A stretch of DNA of 22,262 bases, taken from a virus. Taxonomy: Duplodnaviria > Heunggongvirae > Uroviricota > Caudoviricetes. The stretch's first letter is position 1, and every line of letters begins with the position of its first letter. Location of the stretch: positions 64,001 through 86,262 of IMG/VR virus record IMGVR_UViG_3300033072_000303, one strand, 5' to 3'. Made by a program: the position numbers and the translations under genes. Of the stretch, positions 1-10,081 are shown piece by piece. The notes beneath the pieces are model-generated. The model was given only the letters and a program-made list of their open reading frames with translations. It was not told the DNA's origin and ran no database searches.

Positions 1-1
1 T

Positions 2-3000
2 ATTTGGATAGTTTATACTACATAATATATCTGCACCTTGAGGTTTAATAGTAACACTAGATATATCCTCAGGAGGAGATGAGAAAGCTGTAACAGTATA
101 CGTTAATGAAGTAGTAATACTCATATCTTCAACATCTTCTATAAAAATCTTATAAGACTTTTCTGGAACTAATACAGTATTAGGATACTCAAATCTTGTT
201 TCTCTAATATTATTACCAAGATAATTTTTAAACCCGTCTTCCTCTAATAAATATATATTGTAATAAGAGCTAATCAAGGTATCCCAAGAAAAACTTATCA
301 TAGCTACTACTTGGTTATTTTCTAGCTTAACTAGTCTATCAGAAGCTGTAAGGTTACTCAACTTATTTTTTATTTTACCCATAGGAGCTACTCTTTGCAC
401 TATATCATTGCTATAGTTAAAATCCAAAATAGACTCATTATACTCTATAGCAGTAATACGTCTTGTAAGCTCACCACTTCTGTCTATATCAGTAATAGTA
501 CATAAAATACTATCTGACCCTTTTAATCCAAAGCTATACCTATCCTCTACGTTTATCTCGTAATCCTCTGGTATAATAATCATATTTGTTTCTAAGTATA
601 ACTCATTTTCAAACGATATACCTAAAATAAAATCATCAAATCTTAATGAACCAACTAAAGCAGTTCCAGCAGCGTCAAACGTAAATAAATTTTGGTCAGA
701 GTCTTGTGCTAAAAAGTCATAGTCTTTAATATCATCTGTACTTTTATTTTTTATTTTAAGCGTGTAAGTTTTACCTTTTTCAAGTTGTACAACAGAGTCA
801 AGAAATATAGCATTTGATACTTTTTTAGTAACAAGTCCACCAACACCATACTGCGTAACATCAGTTTGTACAGCTACTAAGTCACCTACTGTCGCTGTAA
901 TACTTTCTATATCAGCATCTAATGTAATTACTCTTCTAAGAAACTTTGATGATGCTAGTAAATACCTACCGTGAGTTAACGCCTCGTTTTCAGACGTTAT
1001 ACCTTTTATTTGTTTAGTAGTTTTATTACTCATAGCACCACTAGCAAGTGCAGTAGAGTCTTGAACACTAACAGAATTCATCTCATACCCTATACTAGCA
1101 TCACTATACTGTATCTCAATTTCATTTGCAATGTCAGCGTTACTTAAGTACTGAACAGTCACATTCGTTGAGTTAGCAGAATTGAATAACCCTCTAACAG
1201 TTTTTACATCATCATAAATACAAGAGTACTTGTTACCTCTAAGAATTACTTGCCCACGCCCAACTTGTGCTACATCTTGTAAAGAGTTCCATATATCACC
1301 TGATGTATCGAATAAGCCATTAAAAGATAGCTTCGGAGTAACAGAGTATTTTGTATCTTTAAAAACTAAACTATAACTACAGCTTGCCCCTATTTTAAGG
1401 TCATACGTTAATGATACTATATAGTAAAGCCCATTAGCTAGAGTACTATGATTAGTAATATACTGTGCTGTAATACTATTTATAGAATTCTTATTTAAAC
1501 TAATAGGACTAGAGGTTCTCCACCCTGTTCTTTTAATACCAGTTCCAGTAAATGAACTTGTGTTTAACAATAACTTAGATAAAGCTAAGGACTCACCATT
1601 AGGTAAATCTGTAGCTGGTATTACTAAATCTCCAGCGATTACGTGCTGATTTGCTATAAGACTAGGAATTGTTTTGGTAATAGTAAACGTATTAGCCACC
1701 CCACCATTACAAAAATCATACCATCGTTTAAATGATTGAACGTCTATCTCAGAGATATTTAAACCCATACCATAATGCTTGTTAGTAAGAATATCTAAAC
1801 AAATCCCAGCAGGATTATAGCTACTATAGTACTCACCGTTTATCTTTAATGTTTTTCTTGTACACTTAACCTTAAAGTTAGGTCTAGAGTTACTCAATTG
1901 GTCTGTTGCTTTTAAATCAATACCTATCATTGCAATTCCGCCATAGTTTATATTAGCAGAATTAATCTCTTCTAAGAACCTAACATGACATTTATTTTGT
2001 TTATAAGGGTCCTCTTCATCAGCTGGTTGAGGTGTAATTCTAGTAACTTTGAACTCATACTGACCATCGTCTAGTATAACTGGGTTACCATACATATCAA
2101 CAGGCTCAAAAAATCTCTTTAAAGGTACACTAGAAGATGCTCTAAATGATAATTCTGTAGACGCAGTAAATGTAGCATTTTTATTATACCTAGTATTACC
2201 AGTTTTTGTATACAAGTAATTTCCTGTGGCTAAACTACTATTACTGCTCCAAACTTTACGTATTTCTACGTGAGTTCTTGTAACCTGCATTTGTGTATCA
2301 CCACTATACTCCCAATCTTGATAAGTAATTCCTGTATCATACTGGTAGTCATACTCATATTCTAGCACACCTCTAGGGTCATAATTATACAGATAAAACC
2401 ATGTACTAGTACCTACTTTTCTAAACTGTACTGTTACCTTAACTTCTGATACAGATTTAGTTCCTTGCGAATCCATATTATACAGTCCAGAAGGGAATTC
2501 AAAATGCAGCCTAAAAAAGTCTATATTAGTACTCTCAGACGTAAACGTAAAAGGTACGTTATAATCTAACTTTCTAGACACACTTCCATTGTTAAATATA
2601 CTATCGCTGTACCCATTCATTATACTTTGGTCAAATGTTCCATTTCTATACTGGTACCACCCATTCGCATCAGTTCCTTGCGCTACGAAAGATGAGTACG
2701 GCATATTATTTACTTCAATATCGCTAGAGTATATATTTTCTATTTCACCGTGACATAAGGCTATTTGATTACTTAACCAGTCATCAGACCCATCATAATA
2801 AAACCTAGAGTTAATTACAGTACCACCCATAGCGTGCTTACCATATAACACAGGAATAGGCTTATTTAACTCTCTACTTGTAGTCATCCCACTCCAAGAG
2901 TAAGTTTTAGACTCAAGTTCAGGGATGTTATCTACCATACCACCACCTTGTGACGGGGCTAATACAGAACTAATAATTAATGAGCCAGCGACTAATATAG

Positions 3001-3424
3001 CAGCAGTAAACGCCCATCCAGCAACCATAGCTGCTGTAGCCCCAGTAAACATAGCAGAACCTAAAGCTGTACCAGCTGGTCCAGCAACCACAGTTAAAGC
3101 AATAGTAGCTACAAGTGCAAGAATCTGTTTTCCGCCTCCGCCACCGCCACCACCTTGAACTAGTGGTGTATATGATATAACATCATTAGGTTTAACCAAG
3201 TACTCCTGAGGATTTTCTACAATTTTGTTATTAACAGACACCATTATATCAGCACCTAAACAGTACCCATCCAGGTATTTATCTAGTGTTAATCCATGTA
3301 AGTCTGTTTTAGTAACCTTTGAACCAATAGGGTCAAAAGGATTATCAATACGATTGATAACTACTGTACCAAATGTTAGTCTATTAGCTTTTTTTGTTAA
3401 GTCATATGTTACAACAGTACTCAA
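2..3424 (-). CDS. Tail tip / central tail fibre protein, lambda gpI-gpJ-like fusion (partial, runs off left edge, at least 1141 aa)
   Basis: Translated by hand: TTG start at 3424 after AAGGAG RBS, no stop found down to base 2. N-terminal ~90 aa ending PLVQ-Gly8, then a hydrophobic segment, YSWSG...PIPVLYG motif, then gpJ-like motifs (LHFEFPSGLY, NPAGICLDILTNKHYGMG, FNGLFD...IWNSLQDVAQVGRG). Follows M-L-K genes. Confidence 0.85.
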   Translation of the reverse strand, partial: MSTVVTYDLTKKANRLTFGTVVINRIDNPFDPIGSKVTKTDLHGLTLDKYLDGYCLGADIMVSVNNKIVENPQEYLVKPNDVISYTPLVQGGGGGGGGKQILALVATIALTVVAGPAGTALGSAMFTGATAAMVAGWAFTAAILVAGSLIISSVLAPSQGGGMVDNIPELESKTYSWSGMTTSRELNKPIPVLYGKHAMGGTVINSRFYYDGSDDWLSNQIALCHGEIENIYSSDIEVNNMPYSSFVAQGTDANGWYQYRNGTFDQSIMNGYSDSIFNNGSVSRKLDYNVPFTFTSESTNIDFFRLHFEFPSGLYNMDSQGTKSVSEVKVTVQFRKVGTSTWFYLYNYDPRGVLEYEYDYQYDTGITYQDWEYSGDTQMQVTRTHVEIRKVWSSNSSLATGNYLYTKTGNTRYNKNATFTASTELSFRASSSVPLKRFFEPVDMYGNPVILDDGQYEFKVTRITPQPADEEDPYKQNKCHVRFLEEINSANINYGGIAMIGIDLKATDQLSNSRPNFKVKCTRKTLKINGEYYSSYNPAGICLDILTNKHYGMGLNISEIDVQSFKRWYDFCNGGVANTFTITKTIPSLIANQHVIAGDLVIPATDLPNGESLALSKLLLNTSSFTGTGIKRTGWRTSSPISLNKNSINSITAQYITNHSTLANGLYYIVSLTYDLKIGASCSYSLVFKDTKYSVTPKLSFNGLFDTSGDIWNSLQDVAQVGRGQVILRGNKYSCIYDDVKTVRGLFNSANSTNVTVQYLSNADIANEIEIQYSDASIGYEMNSVSVQDSTALASGAMSNKTTKQIKGITSENEALTHGRYLLASSKFLRRVITLDADIESITATVGDLVAVQTDVTQYGVGGLVTKKVSNAIFLDSVVQLEKGKTYTLKIKNKSTDDIKDYDFLAQDSDQNLFTFDAAGTALVGSLRFDDFILGISFENELYLETNMIIIPEDYEINVEDRYSFGLKGSDSILCTITDIDRSGELTRRITAIEYNESILDFNYSNDIVQRVAPMGKIKNKLSNLTASDRLVKLENNQVVAMISFSWDTLISSYYNIYLLEEDGFKNYLGNNIRETRFEYPNTVLVPEKSYKIFIEDVEDMSITTSLTYTVTAFSSPPEDISSVTIKPQGADILCSINYPN

Positions 3425-3435
3425 CGTATCTCCTT

Positions 3436-3852
3436 TTATAAATTATCTTTTAATCCAATATACGTATAGCATCCAACTAAGCGTCTAGCCCACTGTATAC
3501 TATCTAATCTATCAACTGTTACTCTAGAACCCTGCATTATATGTATAAAATCATTGTTATTTAACATATAACCTACATGTCGTATTATACCATTTATTTT
3601 AAATACACATAGCGTATGTGCTTTAGGTTCACATTCAACCCACAGACTTTTATCTTCTCTTACATTATTAAACATAGTAGGATAATTATCTTCATTACAA
3701 AAACTATGATTAATGTTAGGAATCTTAGTACCAAACTCAGCAGCTACCAATGAACATAAGTTTATACAGTCTAAACCATCATTTATACTATTACCTTTAA
3801 ACTTATAGTTAACCCCTAAGTATTTAGTTATTACTTTATTAATGTCTTGCAT
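3436..3852 (-). CDS. NlpC/P60 tail assembly protein (lambda gpK C-terminal domain-like, no JAB domain)
   Basis: GLDCINL catalytic Cys motif, HVGYML His, FIH; 138 aa; position between L-like and I/J-like genes. Confidence 0.85.
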   Translation of the reverse strand: MQDINKVITKYLGVNYKFKGNSINDGLDCINLCSLVAAEFGTKIPNINHSFCNEDNYPTMFNNVREDKSLWVECEPKAHTLCVFKINGIIRHVGYMLNNNDFIHIMQGSRVTVDRLDSIQWARRLVGCYTYIGLKDNL

Positions 3853-4538
3853 TATTTATAAATACCTCGTGTTTCTATTCCATTAAATGCTAAAAATGGT
3901 AATCCTATTTTTTCGTTTCTACTATTAACTCTATTCTCGCTAAACCTAGCCATACAATCGCCTATAGTCTTTCTACACGTTAAAAGTGTTCTTGGAGCAA
4001 GTCCTTGAGTGCTATAAGGACATCCTTCCCCATCGTTAAACGTTCTCTGACAGAACCCACCAGAGTACTGCTGCCTAGGAAATTTAACTAGCATAGGATT
4101 TTTAACACCTAAATTAATAGTTAAGAACTGGTTATCAGCCACTAAGTCTAGTGATTGGAACTTATGCTCAATCTCCGCTACTTGGTCTTCTAAGTTCGTC
4201 CCATTTAACTGACTAATATGTGCTAAAGATATAATTACTTCCCAACCAGAACCAAACGTTTCATCTTGTTCAACGTACGCTTGTATTTGTCGGTCTACAT
4301 TAGACACCTTTATACTTAACGTAGGTAAACTTCCTAGTGTAGCTTCTGGTATACTATCTATATCAAATGGAAACGCAACATACTCTTGCCCTTTGTATGT
4401 AATATTTTCAGTATTCCTTACAAGCCTTAATGTCAACGTTTTAGCTACATTTGTTAAAGTTAAAAATAACAGCCAAGGTTGGTATTGCGATATTTTATTC
4501 TTTTCTTCTATTAGAGGTTGTATTAAAGGTATAGCCAT
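3852..4538 (-). CDS. Minor tail protein, lambda gpL-like
   Basis: LRLVRNTENITYKGQEYVAFPF and LPTLSIKVSNV motifs; four C-terminal Cys (FCQR, EGCP, TCRK, DCMARF), as in the Fe-S-binding C-terminus of gpL; position. Confidence 0.8.
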   Translation of the reverse strand: MAIPLIQPLIEEKNKISQYQPWLLFLTLTNVAKTLTLRLVRNTENITYKGQEYVAFPFDIDSIPEATLGSLPTLSIKVSNVDRQIQAYVEQDETFGSGWEVIISLAHISQLNGTNLEDQVAEIEHKFQSLDLVADNQFLTINLGVKNPMLVKFPRQQYSGGFCQRTFNDGEGCPYSTQGLAPRTLLTCRKTIGDCMARFSENRVNSRNEKIGLPFLAFNGIETRGIYK

Positions 4539-4539
4539 T

Positions 4540-4899
4540 TTACACCTCCGTTAAAGTAAAAGTATCAACAGTATAATAGTTAGCTAATGACGCGTCTTGC
4601 TCATACTGGATTGGTTCTTTAAATCTAACCACGTACTGCTTAGGATTACCATAAGTGTCTTTCTTAGTAGGATGGTCCCAAGTAAATGGCGTAACAGTTC
4701 TTACTGCTTCCCATAAACTTATTAACTCATCTATCTCTTCCTTAGTACTTACATTAATAGGAGTAATAGTGAATTCTTTTCTTATTTTAGTATATGGTAG
4801 CCTAGTTTTAACTAGACCACTAGCTGACTCAGACTTAATTGCTGTGTCTATCTCTACCTCTTTTACTTTTTTAATTTTAAATAAATCAAAATTACCCAT
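4540..4899 (-). CDS. Distal tail protein, lambda gpM-like
   Basis: 119 aa directly after tape measure; VRTVTPFTWDHP and YVVRFKEP resemble the gpM family pattern. Confidence 0.7.
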   Translation of the reverse strand: MGNFDLFKIKKVKEVEIDTAIKSESASGLVKTRLPYTKIRKEFTITPINVSTKEEIDELISLWEAVRTVTPFTWDHPTKKDTYGNPKQYVVRFKEPIQYEQDASLANYYTVDTFTLTEV

Positions 4900-4907
4900 A
4901 TAAATCC

Positions 4908-7900
4908 TTATCTACTTTTTAATAAACTTCTCATTCTAGGGTCAGTTTGAGAAGCCTTCAACACAATGTTAACAACTTTCTCATACTCACCTTTATCATT
5001 TGTTTTGGTTATAGCTTCAAACATATCAGCTGATATTGGTGTACCCGTTTGGTTCTCAATATTTATACTAACTGGTATGTTTACATTAGAGCCTTGATTT
5101 GGCGTTGTACCTGTTTTGTTAATATAATCTAATGTTCCTTTAGTATCATCATTAACACTAGACTTACGAGTAATAAACTCTCCACCCATAGCGAACATTC
5201 TAGTCCCTTCAACAGTACCTAAATAGATATCATCTTTAATACCAGTGCCTCCACTTAATACACCACCTTTAGTGTATCCTTTAGATGGTAGTAAACCACC
5301 GTTAAAAAAGTCTGCATCTTGTTTTGCTAACATAGCTGTTTGTTGACTACCTATATTAGTACCATACGTTGCCGCAGTACCCGCATTACCAAAATACCCA
5401 GTTACAGCTCCTGTTATACCTCCAACTAATTGTTTAACTATTAATTGTTGTAATAATTGTTTATATATACTTGTTAATACGTCAGTAGCTAAAGAGTGCC
5501 AATTTAACCAACCTTCAGAAGTAATATCAAAGAAATTCATCATACCAGATTCAAGAGACGCTATACCTGCTTTCATCGTATTATATCCCACAGTTTCTTG
5601 GTCTTCTAACTCTCTTTGATACTCCATAGAAAATGTATAAATATCTTTTTTACGTCTTGATAATTGCTCTAAAATAGCTATCTGTTTATTAAGAGCATCA
5701 GCGTCAGCTTGATTAATTTTATTTGATAATAAATCCTGTTGAACTTTTAGCTTAAGTTTTTCAACTTCATTTGCACGTTCATCTTTAACTAAGCCTAGTC
5801 TATATTCCTGTGCAGCAATACCTGAGTCCAAGTTATCTTTATACTCAGCCATTAAATTTATTCTGTTAACTTCTGCCTCATTAGTTTTTGTAATTAATTT
5901 AAGCGATGATTGAGCATACTTATTTAAGGCTTCTTCATATAATGCTTGGTTTTCTTTTTCAGAGCTTGTACCAACAGACACTCTGTACTGTTCATATGCT
6001 AATGCTAATAAGTTTGTATCAACCCTAAACTTAGATTCAGCATTACTTAATGACTCATCCTCTTTATTAAGAATTTGAGTAAATATTTCATTACTAGATG
6101 TTTTAGCTGTAGTTATCCTATCTTCTATTTTTGCAATTGCTTCTGCTTCACGTTGAGCTTTAGCTTGTGCTCGCTCATTAGCTTTTGCACCTGCATCAGT
6201 TATAGAATTGCCTTTAGCAGTAAACATATTTTCTTCTTTTTTAACTTTAAGAATATCTCCGTATACACCGCTCATACTACTTATTACAGCTAAATCGTCC
6301 TCTAATGATTTTTTTACTTTGGAATCTGTTGTTGTCTTCAGAGTTTCTTGTAAGGTGCCTTTAATACTTTCAAGTTTAGTACCAAATGCTGTAGAATTTA
6401 CACTAGCATCAGTAAATAATTTTTGAGTACTTTCTGAAGTCTCTTTAACCTTTTTATTATACGTTTCAATTAGTTCAGTATTATAAGCTTTTTTTCTGTT
6501 ATCTAACTGAGTTAATGTTTCTTTACTTAACTCTTTACTAACACTAAGTTCAGAGGTTGCATAAGAAATCATTGCCTCGTACCCAGATTTAGCAGAAGAT
6601 AAAACCCCTTTAGATATAGCTTCTTGGTCTTTTGTTACTTTTAGATGCTCTTTTTCTTTGTTAATCGTCTCTAGTTTTTTATCAAGTAAACCTTTTTCAA
6701 TTTTCTCTGCTTCACTCAACTTTTCTTTATTTTTATCTAAGTAAAGTAATCGTTCATTTATTCTTTTTAGGTTTTCTTGTTCAAGTAATGATGTATTATC
6801 CATTACACCACTAATATCTTTTACTATCCCTAATCTCTTATTTTCAGCTAGTATTTGTGATTGTAATAGGGCTACTTTTGTGTCGTCTCCAGATTTTTCA
6901 GCTTTTTTTAATTCCTGAGTTAAAGCTAAAACATTATACATATCCTGATTTACTTTTAACTGTTTACTTAAATTATCAGTGTTAGCTAACCCTAACGTTA
7001 AAAACTCTTGACCAGCGATATTTAACCTAGTACCTAAGTCAATCCACGCGTAATACATACCGTCTAATCTATCACTAAACCAATCTACAATACCATCAAT
7101 ACTATCTATTGCATTATTCTTTATACTATTCCATAAACTTTCTAGTTTAACTTTATACGCTTCAGTTATTACTTTAACCGATTCTAGCTGTGTACTAACA
7201 CCAGTTTGTAAATCTGTCATGTACTTATTAATGTTATTAGCATTATTTCTAATTAATGCTAATGAGTTAGCAGCCAAAATATCCATCTGACCAGTTAACT
7301 TAGTAAATTTTTGAGCATCCATACCCTGTAGAGTTTTTGCAAATTTCATCATTGCAATATTAGAGTCTGTACCACCTCTACTTATCTGTAATGCTAACTT
7401 TTCTTGGCTAATTCCTGCTTCATTAAAGAATGATGTAACAGCTTCTGAGTTGTCAGTTAAAAGTGTAGTAAATCTTCTAATCTGTGTACCAATTGTACTA
7501 GCATTAACCCCAGCATTACTAAATGCAGTAGCTAAACCACCAACCGCATCTTCTGTTAAACCAACATCTTTAGCGGCTGCTAAAGCATAGTTGGATAACG
7601 TACCAATATCTTGTGTACTTAGTCTTGATTGATTGGCTACATATGCCAATTTGTTACCTAGTGACTCAATACTTAGTGTTTTACCAAATACTTGTTGGAA
7701 TGAAATTACAGCATTAGCAGATTGTTCAAAGGTATCACCAGTAAGCCTTGCCATTTTTAGTGTAACTTCTGTAGCTTTAGCTATATCTTTAGTAGCAACA
7801 CCAGCTCTCCCTAATGCTATAGCAACCTGTTCAATTTCGCTTGTTGTACCACCATAAGTTTCACCTAAAGCCCTAACACTAGAATCTAGAGCTTTAGCTT

Positions 7901-8957
7901 GATTAATACTAATACCGAGTACAGCAGACATAGTTCTCATATTTAAGTCCGCATCAACAACAGCTTGTCCTAAAGAAACTACTGCAGAGGCAGCTGCAGC
8001 AATAGTAGTACCAGCAGCAGCGTATTGTGCTGTAGTTAAAAACTTATGTCCAATTGTAGTACCATGTCCTGAACCTGGTAATGCACCTCTCCATGACTTA
8101 GCTTCAAGTCTATCAGCATCTCTTTTAGCTTTTTCTCTAGAAGCTGTTCTTAATTTTTCAGCTTTATCCTCTTCTACATACGCTTTTTTTCTCTCAGTAA
8201 TAATATTATCTACAGTTCTTTTATTACCAGCTACTTCGTTATCAAATCTTTTATTATTACTAGATATAATACTATTATTTAGCATAGTTTGTTCTTTAAG
8301 CATACTATTAATCTTATTAGTATTGCTCATCTCTTCTGCTTTATTATTAGTAATAATACTATCTATAAATCTTTTATTACCAGCTACTTCGTTATCAAAT
8401 CTTTTATTATTACTAGATATAATACTATTATTTAACGATAACTGCTCTTTAAGCATGCTATTAATCTTATTAGTAGTATCAATATATTTTACTGAGTCGT
8501 TTGCTACACTTTCTTTATTTACATTAGTACCAAATGCTCTTAGCTTTTCTGTATCAGCATTGTACTTAGCCTCTAACTTAGCATCTCGCTCTAGTCTTGC
8601 TTTAATTATATTACTAGCTTTAGTATTATACTTTTCAGCATCTTTAATCATAGTATCTAAAGCATTTCTTTGAGTTAATACACCTTTAGAAACATAAGCA
8701 GTAGCCTCTTTTTTACTCGCAAGAATACTTTTATTAACTTTTAGTTCTTGTTCTAAGATACCCAAGTTTTCTTTTATAGCCTTACGTTCGTCGTTAGCGG
8801 ATTTAGTTCTACTTTTAGCTATCTCTTTAAATCTATTTTGACTATCAGTAATAGATTTAGTTAAATCATTAATTTTAGTTTCAGCGTCTTTTACCGCTTG
8901 GTTAAAATTACTTTTATAATTCAGTAAAATATCTATTTGGTTGTCGGCATTAGTCAT
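4908..8957 (-). CDS. Tape measure protein
   Basis: 1349 aa, Ala/Lys-rich and helical; TP901-type core (LGRAG, LAYVANQS, LSNAGV...GTQIRR); lambda H-like C-terminus (GGVLSGGTGIKDDI...GGEFI); AAGGAT RBS. Confidence 0.93.
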   Translation of the reverse strand: MTNADNQIDILLNYKSNFNQAVKDAETKINDLTKSITDSQNRFKEIAKSRTKSANDERKAIKENLGILEQELKVNKSILASKKEATAYVSKGVLTQRNALDTMIKDAEKYNTKASNIIKARLERDAKLEAKYNADTEKLRAFGTNVNKESVANDSVKYIDTTNKINSMLKEQLSLNNSIISSNNKRFDNEVAGNKRFIDSIITNNKAEEMSNTNKINSMLKEQTMLNNSIISSNNKRFDNEVAGNKRTVDNIITERKKAYVEEDKAEKLRTASREKAKRDADRLEAKSWRGALPGSGHGTTIGHKFLTTAQYAAAGTTIAAAASAVVSLGQAVVDADLNMRTMSAVLGISINQAKALDSSVRALGETYGGTTSEIEQVAIALGRAGVATKDIAKATEVTLKMARLTGDTFEQSANAVISFQQVFGKTLSIESLGNKLAYVANQSRLSTQDIGTLSNYALAAAKDVGLTEDAVGGLATAFSNAGVNASTIGTQIRRFTTLLTDNSEAVTSFFNEAGISQEKLALQISRGGTDSNIAMMKFAKTLQGMDAQKFTKLTGQMDILAANSLALIRNNANNINKYMTDLQTGVSTQLESVKVITEAYKVKLESLWNSIKNNAIDSIDGIVDWFSDRLDGMYYAWIDLGTRLNIAGQEFLTLGLANTDNLSKQLKVNQDMYNVLALTQELKKAEKSGDDTKVALLQSQILAENKRLGIVKDISGVMDNTSLLEQENLKRINERLLYLDKNKEKLSEAEKIEKGLLDKKLETINKEKEHLKVTKDQEAISKGVLSSAKSGYEAMISYATSELSVSKELSKETLTQLDNRKKAYNTELIETYNKKVKETSESTQKLFTDASVNSTAFGTKLESIKGTLQETLKTTTDSKVKKSLEDDLAVISSMSGVYGDILKVKKEENMFTAKGNSITDAGAKANERAQAKAQREAEAIAKIEDRITTAKTSSNEIFTQILNKEDESLSNAESKFRVDTNLLALAYEQYRVSVGTSSEKENQALYEEALNKYAQSSLKLITKTNEAEVNRINLMAEYKDNLDSGIAAQEYRLGLVKDERANEVEKLKLKVQQDLLSNKINQADADALNKQIAILEQLSRRKKDIYTFSMEYQRELEDQETVGYNTMKAGIASLESGMMNFFDITSEGWLNWHSLATDVLTSIYKQLLQQLIVKQLVGGITGAVTGYFGNAGTAATYGTNIGSQQTAMLAKQDADFFNGGLLPSKGYTKGGVLSGGTGIKDDIYLGTVEGTRMFAMGGEFITRKSSVNDDTKGTLDYINKTGTTPNQGSNVNIPVSINIENQTGTPISADMFEAITKTNDKGEYEKVVNIVLKASQTDPRMRSLLKSR
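8217..8475. repeat. Two 106-nt near-identical direct repeats (8217-8322, 8370-8475; period 153 nt) inside tape measure gene
   Basis: Aligned by eye: first 65 nt identical, 9 mismatches overall; encodes TNKINSMLKEQxxLNNSIISSNNKRFDNEVAGNKR twice. Confidence 0.95.
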
Positions 8958-8971
8958 ATGTATCCTTAGAT

Positions 8972-9643
8972 TTAATTTTGTAATGCCCGTAATTCATTAA
9001 GCCTCGCTTTATAACGCTGAGAAACTAAAACAAACCAAGCGCTTTGCTCTTCTATACCTCCGCTTAACGGTAGTGTATTCATTGATAAAAAGTTATTTGA
9101 TTGGATTATTTGGTTAACTATATATGTGTCCATAGTAGCAACAGGGCACTTGGTATAGGTAGTACTACCTACTCTTAGTTTGAATTTAGCAGTTGGTTCA
9201 GCCTCTAGTAACGGGCAGTTTCTAGCAGCTTGTAGACCTGGAATTGATTTACACTTTTCACAAGAATAAGTAGGTTCTTGTAGTTTTGGTTCTGTGACTA
9301 AATAAATTAACTCTTGAATATTATCTAACTGTTCTGACGTTAAAGAACTAATCTGATACAGCTTATATTCTAGGTAATTTCTATCGTCGGCTGATAGCGC
9401 CTGTAGTACATCTTTTTTACTACTAAAACCAATAATTCCTTTTATTTCAACTATACTGTCTTCTAAACTATTGTACGGCGTATACTTCTCAACCCCATCA
9501 AGTTTATCTTTCAAGTAATAATACTCATTAAGCCCATATACCTCTGAGTAAGATAAAGGCTTAATTAAAAATTTTACATCCTTATCTGACTCTAACGATA
9601 TCCATATAGGATATCTAAGTAATGTTGGATGTCCGTATTTCAT
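8972..9643 (-). CDS. Tail assembly chaperone, GT-like, with Cys-rich C-terminal domain
   Basis: Position just before tape measure; N-terminal half resembles the upstream chaperone; CEKC...NCP...KCP Cys cluster; ATG overlaps upstream TAA (TAATG). Confidence 0.6.
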   Translation of the reverse strand: MKYGHPTLLRYPIWISLESDKDVKFLIKPLSYSEVYGLNEYYYLKDKLDGVEKYTPYNSLEDSIVEIKGIIGFSSKKDVLQALSADDRNYLEYKLYQISSLTSEQLDNIQELIYLVTEPKLQEPTYSCEKCKSIPGLQAARNCPLLEAEPTAKFKLRVGSTTYTKCPVATMDTYIVNQIIQSNNFLSMNTLPLSGGIEEQSAWFVLVSQRYKARLNELRALQN

Positions 9644-10035
9644 TATTTATCCGCGAATACACTAATGTTTTTAGGATTTTCAGAAACAGATAAAATAACT
9701 GTACCAATTTCTTCTATCATTTGGTATGGAATCATATTTAAAGAGTCACTGTTAATACCACCAGTTACTGATTTCCCCATAACTATCGGTTTACCGTCTA
9801 TATCTTCCATATTTTCCCAGTCAATTATTCCCTTATAACAAGACTGTACAAAGTACATCCCATAATTACTTTTTACTTCAGTAGCTGTTCTTGTAACTAA
9901 AACGTCTTGTAACTGCGCTACCTCTTCAACTGAAAGAACTTTTAATTTTACTCTAAATGGTTTTTCTACACCGTCTTCTTTTTGGCTTTGAGGTGTATAA
10001 AAATATCCTTCTAACTTTGGGCTATATACTAGCAT
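9643..10035 (-). CDS. Tail assembly chaperone, G-like
   Basis: 130 aa acidic protein right after tail tube gene; FRVKLKVLSVEE...GIIDWEN pattern typical of tail chaperones; AAGGAT RBS. Confidence 0.7.
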   Translation of the reverse strand: MLVYSPKLEGYFYTPQSQKEDGVEKPFRVKLKVLSVEEVAQLQDVLVTRTATEVKSNYGMYFVQSCYKGIIDWENMEDIDGKPIVMGKSVTGGINSDSLNMIPYQMIEEIGTVILSVSENPKNISVFADK

Positions 10036-10081
10036 TTTAATCCTTTTAATAAAATATTTATAATACCTACAACATAAGCAT

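Noticed and set aside
1-3430. No long ORF in the track, suggesting stop-codon recoding or a pseudogene
   Set aside because: Manual translation gives one open minus-strand frame from TTG 3424 to the window edge; it was omitted only because its stop is outside the window. Other genes read normally in the standard code.
2925-3488. Plus-strand ORFs of 77 aa (poly-Pro) and 87 aa
   Set aside because: Antisense shadows of the I-J and K genes; poly-Pro is the mirror of the Gly8 codons.
9670-9685. T AAA AAC as a slippery site for G/GT frameshift
   Set aside because: Not an XXXYYYZ heptamer, and a -1 frame TAA at 9647-9649 would stop the product before the next ORF.
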